NCBI GenBank assembly: GCA_038042195.1
Contig: JBBTET010000007.1
Location: 1-64,000, forward strand
Length of the DNA stretch: 64,000 bases
Source of the DNA: Planctomycetota bacterium
Lineage (GTDB): Bacteria; Planctomycetota; Phycisphaerae; UBA1845; UTPLA1
Direction of reading: 5' to 3'
Part shown: one piece after another, positions 10,244 to 19,912 of the stretch
Layout of the letters: every line of letters begins with the position of its first letter
How positions within the stretch are numbered: position 1 is the first letter of the stretch
Translations under genes and position numbers: made by a program
Notes under the pieces: generated by a model
Database searches by the model: none
The model's input: the letters and a program-made list of their open reading frames with translations, nothing else
Told to the model about the DNA's origin: nothing

Positions 10244-10843
10244 ATGCGCCGACTCTTCGACTCAGAACTTCGATACATCGAGAATGTCCTCCGCTATCGC
10301 AACGGTGGAACTCTTGCTGTCGTCGGTGAAGTTGAAACGGAATATTACTCATCGCCTCGCAATAACGCTCCAACTCACTTTAATACTGATTACTTTCTAC
10401 AGTTCAGCAATGATCTTGAAAATGGGAAGTCTTTTTGTGCGCCAATATTGCCGAACACTGCTGGAGCCGAGGTTTTTGTCATGATCGATACAAGGACTCG
10501 GACGCTGCTAAGAACTGACTTAGTAGCGGGAGAGGCGTTTCCAATCGAGCTTTATGATTCTTTTCTTGACAATATCGATCTGAAACTGATGGCACTCCCT
10601 CGGCGCTTTGCGATACGTGAATGCGCGTACAACCGCGTATTTGTCATCAACAATGAAATCTGCTTTCTTTCTTTTCCAACAGAGTCATCTCCAGTAGTAA
10701 GAGGAGACAAATCCTTGCTAAACACTGGGCCTGACTCAATGATCGCATATTACACTGATAACGCCGAAGTAGTCTGTGTTGACGGATGGATTCGAACGAG
10801 TGTCGCCCAAAGCGATTGGAAGCTCGAGGCAATACCTAAGTAA
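10244..10843 (+). CDS. hypothetical protein (about 200 aa), lower-GC islet gene
   Basis: MRRLFDSELRYIENVLRYRNGGTLAVVGEVETEYY... No recognisable domain. Compositionally AT-shifted relative to flanks. Start ambiguous (ATG 10175 or 10244). Confidence 0.5.
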   Translation: MRRLFDSELRYIENVLRYRNGGTLAVVGEVETEYYSSPRNNAPTHFNTDYFLQFSNDLENGKSFCAPILPNTAGAEVFVMIDTRTRTLLRTDLVAGEAFPIELYDSFLDNIDLKLMALPRRFAIRECAYNRVFVINNEICFLSFPTESSPVVRGDKSLLNTGPDSMIAYYTDNAEVVCVDGWIRTSVAQSDWKLEAIPK

Positions 10844-10982
10844 GCAGCCAAGAAAGGACCCTGCGGGCGAAACTCCCGTTACCGTTGCGAGGACCTGATG
10901 ACATGTTGCATCGATGCGCCGCATGTAGGACCTTTGTCCTGTTCGGTGGCGTTCGCCGCGGAACCCAGCGCGCGCGCACCAC

Positions 10983-12185
10983 TCACGACTTCAGGAAAAA
11001 CTCCATCAGCTCATGCCCCGCCTCGATGTGCAGGTCGCTTTGCGTTGCGTTGCGCTCGCTGAAACGGTCGAAGCCGACGACGCGGGAGACGCCGTTGCCG
11101 GTCATGCAGAAGGGCGGGGGCGTGGCGGTGTGAGTGCGACGGCCGACGGGCGTGGGATGATCGGGTGCGATGAGGATGCGCCAATTCTCGAACGTGCGCA
11201 GCTTCTCCAGCACCGGCCCGACGACGCATTCGTCGATGCGTTCCAACGCTTTCACTTTCTCCCTCGCGTCGCCCATGTGGCCGGCTTCATCAGGCGCTTC
11301 GACATGCACGGCGACGAGGTCGTATTCATCGAGGGCCTTCACAGCGTGCTTGCCTTTGGCTTCGTAATCGGTGTCGAGATAGCCCGTCGCACCGGGGACA
11401 TCGATCAGGGTCCAGCCTAGCAGCTTGCCTAGTCCGCGGATCAGGTCGACCGCGGCGATACAGGCCCCGCGAATGCCGAATCGCTGTCGGAAGCGCGGCA
11501 TGATCGGCACCACGCCCTGCCCCCAAAGCCAGACGTTCGTCGCGGGCAACTCACCGAGGTCACGGCGCACGAGATTCACATCGTGCCCGGCCACGATGCG
11601 CGACGCCTGCTCCATCAACTCGTTGATCCGTTTCGCGCCTTTGCCTTTTGGCAGATATGACGCCACGGCCTCCATCGGGATGTCGTGCGGCGGCATGCAG
11701 GCCACCTCCAGCGCATCGGGGTCGGGGATGACCATCAGATTGCGATACGACACGCCGGTGTGAAACACGACGCCTTCATTGCCGAGCTTTGCGTTCAAAT
11801 CCTTGATGATGCGGTCGGCCTCGGCGGTCGTGATGTGGCCGGCGGTGAAGTCGGTCATTTCACCGTTGGTGATGTTGACGAGGTTGCAGCGGTAGACCAC
11901 GTCCTCTGGCTTGAGGCGTATGTTTCGGGCGACGGCCTCGATCGGGGCGCGACCGGTGTAGTGCTTTCGCACGTCGTAGCCGAGGAGCGACATCGTGGCT
12001 ACGTCGCTGCCTGGGATAAATCCTTCGGGCACGGTGCGAACCGTTCCGAGTCGGCCCATCTCGACGATGGAGTCGATGTAGGGAATCTGCGCTGCTTCGA
12101 GGGGCGTCTTGCCGACGAGTTCGGGGACGGGTTCGTCGGCGGCACCGTCGGGAAGGATGATCGCGTACTTCATGGTCTCAGGCAT
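10983..12185 (-). CDS. apgM: cofactor-independent phosphoglycerate mutase, archaeal-type (ApgM family)
   Basis: MKYAIILPDGAADEP... N-terminus and metalloenzyme-superfamily core typical of ApgM. Alternative start at 12173. Confidence 0.75.
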   Translation of the reverse strand: MPETMKYAIILPDGAADEPVPELVGKTPLEAAQIPYIDSIVEMGRLGTVRTVPEGFIPGSDVATMSLLGYDVRKHYTGRAPIEAVARNIRLKPEDVVYRCNLVNITNGEMTDFTAGHITTAEADRIIKDLNAKLGNEGVVFHTGVSYRNLMVIPDPDALEVACMPPHDIPMEAVASYLPKGKGAKRINELMEQASRIVAGHDVNLVRRDLGELPATNVWLWGQGVVPIMPRFRQRFGIRGACIAAVDLIRGLGKLLGWTLIDVPGATGYLDTDYEAKGKHAVKALDEYDLVAVHVEAPDEAGHMGDAREKVKALERIDECVVGPVLEKLRTFENWRILIAPDHPTPVGRRTHTATPPPFCMTGNGVSRVVGFDRFSERNATQSDLHIEAGHELMEFFLKS

Positions 12186-13572
12186 GGTCGTCCCTGAGTG
12201 CGGCGGCGGCGCTCACCGCGCCGGCCAACTCGTTTAACTCGCACTCGGCAATCGTTCGCACGTCGAACAGCATCGCCCCTTCGGAGATGCGCGGCAAGAC
12301 GGCGGGGCGGCCCATGCGCAGGCGGTGGGCGAGGGTGTCGAGGGATGTATCGACCGTGGGTCGCCATTCGACGACCGCCGTCGGCATCGGCCATGCAGGG
12401 AGCGAGCCGCCGCCGGCGAAGCTTTCGTCGCGACGAACGTTGAACGACTCGGTCGGCAAGTGCTTCTTCAATGCCTCCTCGAGTCGCGTGGCGCGCGAGG
12501 TCAGGGCGTCGATCCCTTCCAAGAGGCCGGCAAGGATGGGGATGTGCTGCTTGGCTTCGGCGGGAGTTTGATACAACTCAAGGGTCGCTTCAAGCGCGGC
12601 GGCGGTCAGCTTGCCGATGCGCAGGGCGCGGGTCATTGGGTCTTTGCGGAGACGCTCGATGATCGACTTCTTGCCGAGCAGAATGCCGGCCTGCGGACCG
12701 CCGAGGAGTTTGTCGCCGCTGAAGGCCACGACATCGGCACCGCTGCGGAGACTGTCTGTCGCCGTCGGTTCGTTGGCGGATTTCCAAATCTCGTCGTCGA
12801 GCAGTGCGCCGCTGCCGAGGTCATCGAACATGGGGACGTTGTGGCGATGGGCGAGTTCGACGAGGTCGGGGACGGTCGGATTCTCCGTGAAGCCGACGAC
12901 GCGGTAGTTGCTGGTATGCACGTGCATGAGCATGGCGGTCGCGGTGGTGACGGCTTTTTCGTAATCGCTCAGGTGCGTTTTGTTGGTGGTGCCGACCTCG
13001 CGGAGGATCGCGCCGCCGGCGGACATGACTTCGGGCAGGCGATAGGAGCCGCCGATCTCGATGAGTTGCCCGCGCGAGACGATGACCTCTCGGCCTTTGG
13101 CGAGGCCGTGCAGCACCAGCATCGTCGCGGCAGCGTTGTTGTTGACGATGAGTGCGGCCTCGGCACCGGTGAGGCGGCAGAGGATTTGCTCGGCGTATTG
13201 GCCGCGTTGACCGCGTTTGCCGGAGTCGAGGTCGATTTCGAGATTGCAGTAGCCGGCGGCTTCGGTTATGCGCTGAACGGCTGCGTCGGCAAGAACGCTT
13301 CGGCCCAGGCCGGTGTGGAGGACGATGCCCGTCGCATTGATGACCCGCACCAGACGCGTCGCGCCCCGCGATTGAACAAGTAAGCCGGCCCGTGCCAGGA
13401 TCGTCTCAATCCGCGCGTCGCCCGCCGCCTCAGCCCGAATCGCATCAAGCACTTCACGGAGCGCCTCGGTCACGACCACGCGCGACTCGGCGCGGAGGCC
13501 GTGGTACGATTCGGCCGCCTTGAGCAGAACCGTCATGGAGGGCAGGCGCGACAGATCCGATCCAGTGCTCAT
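12178..13572 (-). CDS. selA: L-seryl-tRNA(Sec) selenium transferase
   Basis: RLVRVINATGIVLHTGLGRS...VVAFSGDKLLGGPQAGILLGKKSIIERLRKDPMTRALRIGK (SelA PLP-lysine region). Confidence 0.85.
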   Translation of the reverse strand: MSTGSDLSRLPSMTVLLKAAESYHGLRAESRVVVTEALREVLDAIRAEAAGDARIETILARAGLLVQSRGATRLVRVINATGIVLHTGLGRSVLADAAVQRITEAAGYCNLEIDLDSGKRGQRGQYAEQILCRLTGAEAALIVNNNAAATMLVLHGLAKGREVIVSRGQLIEIGGSYRLPEVMSAGGAILREVGTTNKTHLSDYEKAVTTATAMLMHVHTSNYRVVGFTENPTVPDLVELAHRHNVPMFDDLGSGALLDDEIWKSANEPTATDSLRSGADVVAFSGDKLLGGPQAGILLGKKSIIERLRKDPMTRALRIGKLTAAALEATLELYQTPAEAKQHIPILAGLLEGIDALTSRATRLEEALKKHLPTESFNVRRDESFAGGGSLPAWPMPTAVVEWRPTVDTSLDTLAHRLRMGRPAVLPRISEGAMLFDVRTIAECELNELAGAVSAAAALRDDHA

Positions 13573-15518
13573 CGAGTGATATCCACTAACACACGCTCAT
13601 CGCCGACGCGGCGCGTGAATCCGATACGATCCAGATGTTCCAGCAACGGCTGCACGACGCGCCGGGACAGTTTCAACGCATCTCGAACGTCGGCCAGCTT
13701 GAACCGTCGACCGTCGCCCAGCTCGCGTACACGCTGCTTCACGTTGGCCATCACCGTCGCGGCAATATAGTGCTGCGGCGCGAACATCACCAACCGGGCC
13801 TCGGTCTTCGCCAGGTCTTCCAGCACTTTGAGCCGTTGCTTCGATAAACCCGCTGAGGCTTTGAGCGCGGGCAATGGCGCCGGATCGAATCCCGATGCCA
13901 TGATTTCGCCCACCAGCGCCTCCACCAACGCGGCATCCTCCGGCGACAATGCCGGGCGAAAGTCGCGGTGGGCCAGATACGGCCCCTTCGCCACGGCGAC
14001 GCCTGCCGACTCCAGCCGCGCAAGCATCGCTTTTCCGCCGCCCGGCGTGGTACGCCGGTCCAGCCACGTCACGAAGCGATCACGCAACACGCCCGGCTCG
14101 AGCGGATGGACTGCGTGATGGCGGTTAAGAAAGGCCGCCGCCCGTTCCTCAACGGCTGTCAGTGTCTGAGTGTGGACGAGCGAGCCGCCTGAGAGGGACG
14201 CGAGTCTTCCAGTCTGTCGCATTCGTTCTCGAAGCGCGGGCACGTCGGCCGGCGCGACATCGATCTCGCAGGCGATTCGCGTGTCGGATCGCGGCAAAAA
14301 TCCTGCCTGGCGCACGGTCTCGTCAAATCGGGTCATTACTTCGCGCGATTCGGCCCGCTCAAGCGCCTGAAGTTCCTCGCCGTGCGACGGGCGAAATCGT
14401 CGAGACACGGGCCGCACAATCCGACCGCCGCCAATCGTCGTCTGTGCTGTTTCGTTTCGCAGGATAAATCGCTGGCCATGGGCGAACACGACCGCCGATT
14501 GAAATCGAAGCTGCACCAGTGCTTCGGCCCCCGGCTCGATGCGCGCATCGCCCACGACAACGAGCATCGCAATGGCCTCCGTCGTGCCCATGCAGACGCG
14601 CACGCGCTGGTGTGACGCAAACGGTTTGTCGCGACGAGGCAGGATGCGCACACGCGCATCGACATACCGCGCCGGCGTGAGGTAGCCCGGCGTCGCCAAT
14701 TCCATGCCACGATCGATCCCCTCGCGCTCGATGCCGGTGAGATTCAACGCGGCCCGCTGGCCTGCCGCCGCGTCCAAAACGGCCGCTCCGAAGGACTGCA
14801 CCTCGCGCACCCTGCACGTCAGTCCGGTCGGCTGCAATTCCAACGATGCGCCGGGCCTGACGGAACCCGACAGCACCGAGCCGGTCACCACCGTCCCGCG
14901 CCCATGCACGGCAAACACCCGATCGATCGCAAGCCGAAAAATGGCGCCGCCCTCGCGCGGAGGCAATTGGACCATCAATCGCGCAATCGTCTCGCGCACC
15001 TCGGTCAATCCGATGCCCGTCTTGGCCGAACACGCCACGCGCGGCCACCGGGCCATCGGTCTCGCGCCAAACAACTCGTCGAGTTGTGCGTGCACAGTCG
15101 TTAACCGATCCGGCGGCACCAGATCAACTTTGCTGATCGCGACCAACCCCAGCGTCAGTCCAAGTAGGTCCAGAATATCGACGTGCTCGCGCGTCTGCGG
15201 CATGACGCCGTCGTCCGCCGCGACGACGAGCATTCCGAGATCGACACCCGTCTCGCCGGCGACCATCGTGCGGACGAATCGCTCATGGCCGGGCACGTCG
15301 ACGATGCCGACTTGAAGGTTGTGCCCCGCCGAGTTGGTCAATGACAGGTGCGCGTAGCCCAATTCAATCGTCATGCCGCGGGCCTGTTCCTCCGGTAGGC
15401 GATCCGGGTCGGTGCCGGTGAGGGCCTTCACGAGGCTGGATTTGCCGTGGTCAATGTGGCCGGCCGTGCCGAGGATGCAGGCATGACGCGTAGCGGCGAT
15501 GGTGAGAGCGGCAGCCAT
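13569..15518 (-). CDS. selB: selenocysteine-specific translation elongation factor
   Basis: [20 protein letters not shown]-domain plus long C-terminal winged-helix extension. 4-bp overlap with selA. Confidence 0.85.
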   Translation of the reverse strand: MAAALTIAATRHACILGTAGHIDHGKSSLVKALTGTDPDRLPEEQARGMTIELGYAHLSLTNSAGHNLQVGIVDVPGHERFVRTMVAGETGVDLGMLVVAADDGVMPQTREHVDILDLLGLTLGLVAISKVDLVPPDRLTTVHAQLDELFGARPMARWPRVACSAKTGIGLTEVRETIARLMVQLPPREGGAIFRLAIDRVFAVHGRGTVVTGSVLSGSVRPGASLELQPTGLTCRVREVQSFGAAVLDAAAGQRAALNLTGIEREGIDRGMELATPGYLTPARYVDARVRILPRRDKPFASHQRVRVCMGTTEAIAMLVVVGDARIEPGAEALVQLRFQSAVVFAHGQRFILRNETAQTTIGGGRIVRPVSRRFRPSHGEELQALERAESREVMTRFDETVRQAGFLPRSDTRIACEIDVAPADVPALRERMRQTGRLASLSGGSLVHTQTLTAVEERAAAFLNRHHAVHPLEPGVLRDRFVTWLDRRTTPGGGKAMLARLESAGVAVAKGPYLAHRDFRPALSPEDAALVEALVGEIMASGFDPAPLPALKASAGLSKQRLKVLEDLAKTEARLVMFAPQHYIAATVMANVKQRVRELGDGRRFKLADVRDALKLSRRVVQPLLEHLDRIGFTRRVGDERVLVDITR

Positions 15519-15765
15519 TGGGGGACATTTTACCGTGAACGCGACTATCAGTGGGTCGCCTTGTCCATTTCAGCCGTATACAATGATGACAGTGGAGGGG
15601 CGTCCGGAAGCCACTCGCCGTTGCATCGGTCGGCCACATGCCGCCGTGCGACCGCCGGTGGGGAAGACGACCTGCAGCGAGCAGCGGCGCGAAATTCTCT
15701 TTCGCCCGATCATGCTCGTTGCCCCTTTTTTTGACGACGCGGGGTGAGGCGACGACGATAGCGCC

Positions 15766-16812
15766 GTGACCTCGCGCTGGTTCATACCATTTTCGCTGCT
15801 CGTCTTTGCCGTGTTGGTCGGCGGACTGTGGACGTATCTCTCCGCCACCGAGGAGCCGACGCCGGCGCGATGGGTGCGGTCGTCGCGCGGGCTGTTGATG
15901 GACGTTGAGCCTGTTGAGCATTCCCCCACGATTCCTGTCACCGATCCATCCGTTGTGACCAAACATAAGAAGAAGCCAACGCGACATTTCGTCGAGCCGC
16001 CAACGATGCAGTGGTCTGATGTGGCCGCTCACCTGGACGAGGCGTCGGTCAAATTGCGACTCGATGCGACCGACAGCACCACGGGCGAATTGCTTGGCGC
16101 GCAGCGCGATCTTGATGCGGGGCGGCACCATGCAGCGCTTCGCGCGTATGACAGTGTGCTAGTGAAATCGAAGTCGAACACAGTTGCGCTCGCCGGCCGC
16201 GCCGCAGCGCTCACGGCACTGGAGAGGCTTGACGACGTCGAGGCATCCTACGAGTTTCTCATCCGCATTGCCCCGCGCGACGCGGCCGCGCGATACAACT
16301 TCGGCGTCCTGCTCTATCGGCGCGGGAAGCACGGCGAGGCGTCGACGCAGTTTCGTGAGCTGGTGACGATGCAGCCCGACCATGCGCGTGGGCATTACAA
16401 CCTTGCCACGCTGGCTCAACGCGCGGGGCGACTGGCTGAGGCCCGTGACGAATGGCTCGCGTTCACGAGATTGGAGCCAAGCGTTCCCAGCGGTTGGTTC
16501 AATCTCGGCGTGGTGCAGATGGATTTTGAAGAGCCGCTGGATGCCGCGAGGTGCTTTGCTGTTTACACGGTGATTCGCCCTGATGAGGCCGATGGATTCA
16601 CGAATCTCGGCGCGGCCCACGCAGCCGCAGGGGATGTGATCGAGGCGATGGAGGCGATGACGGCGGCCGATGGGATGGCCCCGTGCGATCCGATGGTCAT
16701 GACGGCGCTGGTCGATTTGCACGAGGCATTTATCGACATGGATGTGGAGCACGCCCAGATGCACCGTGCCCAGGCCTTGTGCATCAACGAGCAGTTGTCG
16801 GGCATGGAATAG
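15766..16812 (+). CDS. TPR-repeat protein with N-terminal transmembrane anchor
   Basis: N-terminal hydrophobic helix FIPFSLLVFAVLVGGLWTYL. C-terminal TPR-like repeats (AARYNFGVLLYRRGKHGEA..., GHYNLATLAQRAGRLAEA...). Confidence 0.6.
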   Translation: MTSRWFIPFSLLVFAVLVGGLWTYLSATEEPTPARWVRSSRGLLMDVEPVEHSPTIPVTDPSVVTKHKKKPTRHFVEPPTMQWSDVAAHLDEASVKLRLDATDSTTGELLGAQRDLDAGRHHAALRAYDSVLVKSKSNTVALAGRAAALTALERLDDVEASYEFLIRIAPRDAAARYNFGVLLYRRGKHGEASTQFRELVTMQPDHARGHYNLATLAQRAGRLAEARDEWLAFTRLEPSVPSGWFNLGVVQMDFEEPLDAARCFAVYTVIRPDEADGFTNLGAAHAAAGDVIEAMEAMTAADGMAPCDPMVMTALVDLHEAFIDMDVEHAQMHRAQALCINEQLSGME

Positions 16813-16900
16813 CCATTCGGCCTTTACGCAAATCCCCAATTCGCTAAAATCCCGGCTCACAAATAACAAAGACGAACACGACTCCCGGAGAAAACGGAAC

Positions 16901-17371
16901 ATGGAACGCACGCTCATCATTCTCAAACCCGACTCCCTCCAACGCGGCCTGTCCGGCCGCATCATCACCCGCTTCGAGGAGAAAGGGTTTCAGATCGTCG
17001 GCATGAAGGTCATGCAGGTCTCGCGTGAACTCGCCGAGAAGCATTACGCCGTTCACAAGGGCAAGCCCTTTTACGACCGGCTCCTCCAATACATCACCAG
17101 CAGCCCCGTCGTGGTCATGGCGCTTCAAGCTGTGAATGCGATCACCGTCTCGCGCAAGATGATGGGCGCGACCTTCGGCAGCAAGGCCGAGCCGGGGACC
17201 ATCCGCGGTGACTTTGGTCTCTCCAACAGTTACAACCTGATCCACGGCTCGGATTCACCCGAAGCAGCGCAGTTTGAGATCGGTTTGTATTTCAAGCCGG
17301 ATGAGCTGGTCCGCTATGACCGCGCCGTGCAGAAGTGGGTGTACGACACCTCCGCCGGCGATCCGGAATAG
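16901..17371 (+). CDS. ndk: nucleoside diphosphate kinase
   Basis: MERTLIILKPDSLQRGLSGRIITRFEEKGF...NLIHGSDS. RBS GGAG 11 nt upstream. Start moved to 16901 inside track ORF 16742..17371. Confidence 0.9.
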   Translation: MERTLIILKPDSLQRGLSGRIITRFEEKGFQIVGMKVMQVSRELAEKHYAVHKGKPFYDRLLQYITSSPVVVMALQAVNAITVSRKMMGATFGSKAEPGTIRGDFGLSNSYNLIHGSDSPEAAQFEIGLYFKPDELVRYDRAVQKWVYDTSAGDPE

Positions 17372-17408
17372 TCTCAGCAAAGTAAACGTAGTGGCCTACC
17401 AACGAAGC

Positions 17409-17447
17409 GGCCGTGGCGGACTCCCGCGTCCCGCCACGGCCTTTCGG
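17409..17447 (+). terminator. rho-independent terminator of ndk
   Basis: 11-bp stem GGCCGTGGCGG / CCGCCACGGCC followed by TTTCGG. Confidence 0.65.
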
Positions 17448-18326
17448 TCGACCGTCGCACGTCTCTCCCCACGAAACACGAGCGACGATCAGCGCACGCG
17501 ACGGGCCTCCACCCCTTCCGGAAAGCAACACGAGCCGGCTGGTGCGAGGTTGCGCGGAGCGTACCCGCGCGGACTGAGCCGGCCCGTGGATCGACGCCGG
17601 TCGCGATTCACCAGGCCCACTCCCTTGCATTTGCTCTCGGTTGCTCTTGCTTCCTGGCCCGTCGCTGCACTCCCGGTGGAGAGCGCGCCGCCCCTGTCAC
17701 GAACGGCGCGGCTCTCGACAAAAACTGAACAGAATGATTCATGATGGCGTTGCGAAAAAGGGCGCGTGCCTCGAAGCGCAAAGCCCACTCCTCCGCTATG
17801 GCGCTCCGTCAGCCTCGTCGCCCTCTCTCGCAACCGCCGGATCGGAGGAGAAGGAATACCCCCGGAAGGGTCTTCCCAACTCGTCCCTCCCCCTCCATTC
17901 CTGAGTGTCGGTTGTGTGATGTTGTGACGATCCATGCGCAGACTCTCCGCGAGGCGGTGCGGCTCCCCCACGGGCGCGGCCGGAGATGATGGCCGATGCC
18001 CGTGTCGGGGCGCCTGGCACCTGCGAGCTTCTTTCCCTGTTCGAAGTATTGAAGACGCCGATTCCCCGGGGGCCATGCCCGCCGGTAACCACGCGTCGAG
18101 AGATAGAACCAAAACGTGCGAGGCCGTCCACTCTTCGACTTGCGCGACTGCGCTTCAAGAAACTAGTGCGTCAGGCCGGATCAGAAAGCCGGCCAGAAAA
18201 CTCGATATACCCATCGCAGGATCGGCATATCCTTCAATTCTTCCCCGCTGGGGGCGGAAGGCAAGGGGATGACGAGAATAATTTTTGATTTTGTGTACAC
18301 GCTCCAAACGAATGAGCGGTCGGTTA

Positions 18327-19340
18327 TTACTTGAGCCGCTTTGGGGCCGGAGGCTTGACCGCTGAAACAGAGGTAATACACGCCCAGTAAACAGCAAATC
18401 CGGCGACGACAAGACGGAGAACAGCGTGAACGCCCTGCTCCCACCAAAGGTAGGGCAATATCTTGGCGCTTGCCGTTGGCGACCAAGCCCCTGTTTCAGC
18501 GTGCAAAACCCACGTTGTCCAAAGCAACTCCCCCGCCAGCAGAGCAGCAACACATGCTGTTCCACCAATAATTTTGCTGCGTCGCTGCAAGAGGTTTGAT
18601 TTCGCAACTCTCTTGCCGATGGGAGAGCCAACTAACCATGAGGCTCCCAGCAACATGAAGAGTTCCATGACGTGTGGCACATAGATGTGCTTCATTCCGG
18701 TCAGACGGGTCCATGTACTCGAGATTTGGATTGCTATGAGATTCAGGATGCACCAAATCAAGATTCCGCGCACTATTTCCAGTGTCAACCATCCCCACAT
18801 GATGGGAAGTGCTTGCGGATTCTTTGGTTCGCTGGAATGTGCGGCATTGCATAGGTCACACACCTGCATCACGTGCCCATGATGGAATACATCCAGTGTG
18901 GCTCGTCGCTCGCAATGATCACAAGTGGATGGTGTTGGTGATACTCCACTCTCTTTGAGCCCAGCAACGACTGAATCAATGCACGGCTCAAGTTGTTGCG
19001 AGGCAAGATATGAGTCCGCATCGTAGTGAACCAGCCACACGATTCGATCTTCAAATGTGAGGCGGGCGCACCCGTTTTCCAAGTCACGTTGCATTTCAGG
19101 TGGGAATGCAAACTGTGTCGAACTCAGCGGTGGTCCATGGCCGTGTCGGATTTGGATGAGGAGAATTCTCGTTTGTTTGATCTCGGCGCCTGTAAGCGGG
19201 CATCGACCAGCCTGGCTAATCTCGAACGTGTATCCGACGAGATAACCACTCACGCGGCCAAGGAAGTCTGCAGAAGTAGTATGGGTCAGCCCATCATACC
19301 CCGAATCTCTTTTATGAAATCTGATTTCGTCTTGAGACAC
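18327..19340 (-). CDS. hypothetical protein: N-terminal soluble region with Cys4 zinc-ribbon, C-terminal 4 TM helices; lower-GC gene
   Basis: ...CDHCERRATLDVFHHGHVMQVCDLC... then hydrophobic helices (IMWGWLTLEIVRGILIWCILNLIAIQI, etc.). Lower GC than surroundings. Confidence 0.55.
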   Translation of the reverse strand: MSQDEIRFHKRDSGYDGLTHTTSADFLGRVSGYLVGYTFEISQAGRCPLTGAEIKQTRILLIQIRHGHGPPLSSTQFAFPPEMQRDLENGCARLTFEDRIVWLVHYDADSYLASQQLEPCIDSVVAGLKESGVSPTPSTCDHCERRATLDVFHHGHVMQVCDLCNAAHSSEPKNPQALPIMWGWLTLEIVRGILIWCILNLIAIQISSTWTRLTGMKHIYVPHVMELFMLLGASWLVGSPIGKRVAKSNLLQRRSKIIGGTACVAALLAGELLWTTWVLHAETGAWSPTASAKILPYLWWEQGVHAVLRLVVAGFAVYWACITSVSAVKPPAPKRLK

Positions 19341-19912
19341 GAGATCACCTAAGGACTATTCGATGCGATTCTAATCTACACGGCGCTTTATAACCCATCG
19401 CTACCTCTTGCCACGACGTACTTTGCGACGGCTCTCATTCAAAACGCGACACGCCTACTCGATTTCCCTTGACGCGGCCCTCGTGGAAACTACACTTTAG
19501 ACGGTCAATTGTGCCGAATGTCGCGTACGCCTCTGGTGAATCGCGGCAGCGGGGAACCCAACCGCGACGATTCGTTGCGCACGCGCGTATGTCGTGCGAG
19601 CCGTCGCCGGGGCGCATCCGCCGAAAGGCGGTCGCGGAGCCAGTGTCCGCAAGCCCGTCAGCTAACCCCGCAGGCGACCACTGGAGAGATTGCCGTGATT
19701 CCTCTCAATTGCAGAGCGGGCCGGTTGCATTACGCACATCGAACACGCGCGTCATCGTGGGCCGTCCACGCGCTGACGGTCTATGTCGATTGGTAGCCGC
19801 CGGCGCTACCGCTCGCGTCGAATCGTTGTTTAATACTTGCGTGCGGGCTTGTGACGTTGGCCGCCTGGCCCATCGTCCCAGGCTCGCCTTCCGAAAATAG
19901 AAGGAGCTTCCT

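Noticed and set aside
12325-13383. 352-aa + strand ORF
   Set aside because: Antisense to selA, which has unambiguous SelA motifs.
15519-15765. Possible tRNA-Sec (selC) upstream of selB
   Set aside because: No TTCAA/TTGAA anticodon-loop candidate and no T-arm GTTCGANTCC on either strand.
17880-18180. Possible RNase P RNA, tmRNA or SRP RNA in the GC-rich gene-free region
   Set aside because: Weak resemblance only (GGTGCCAGGCGCC-like, TTCCGGAAGG-like). Universal conserved blocks (GGUAAGAGCGCACC; tmRNA T-arm/CCA end; SRP GGAAGCAGCC) are absent by eye. Needs a covariance-model search.
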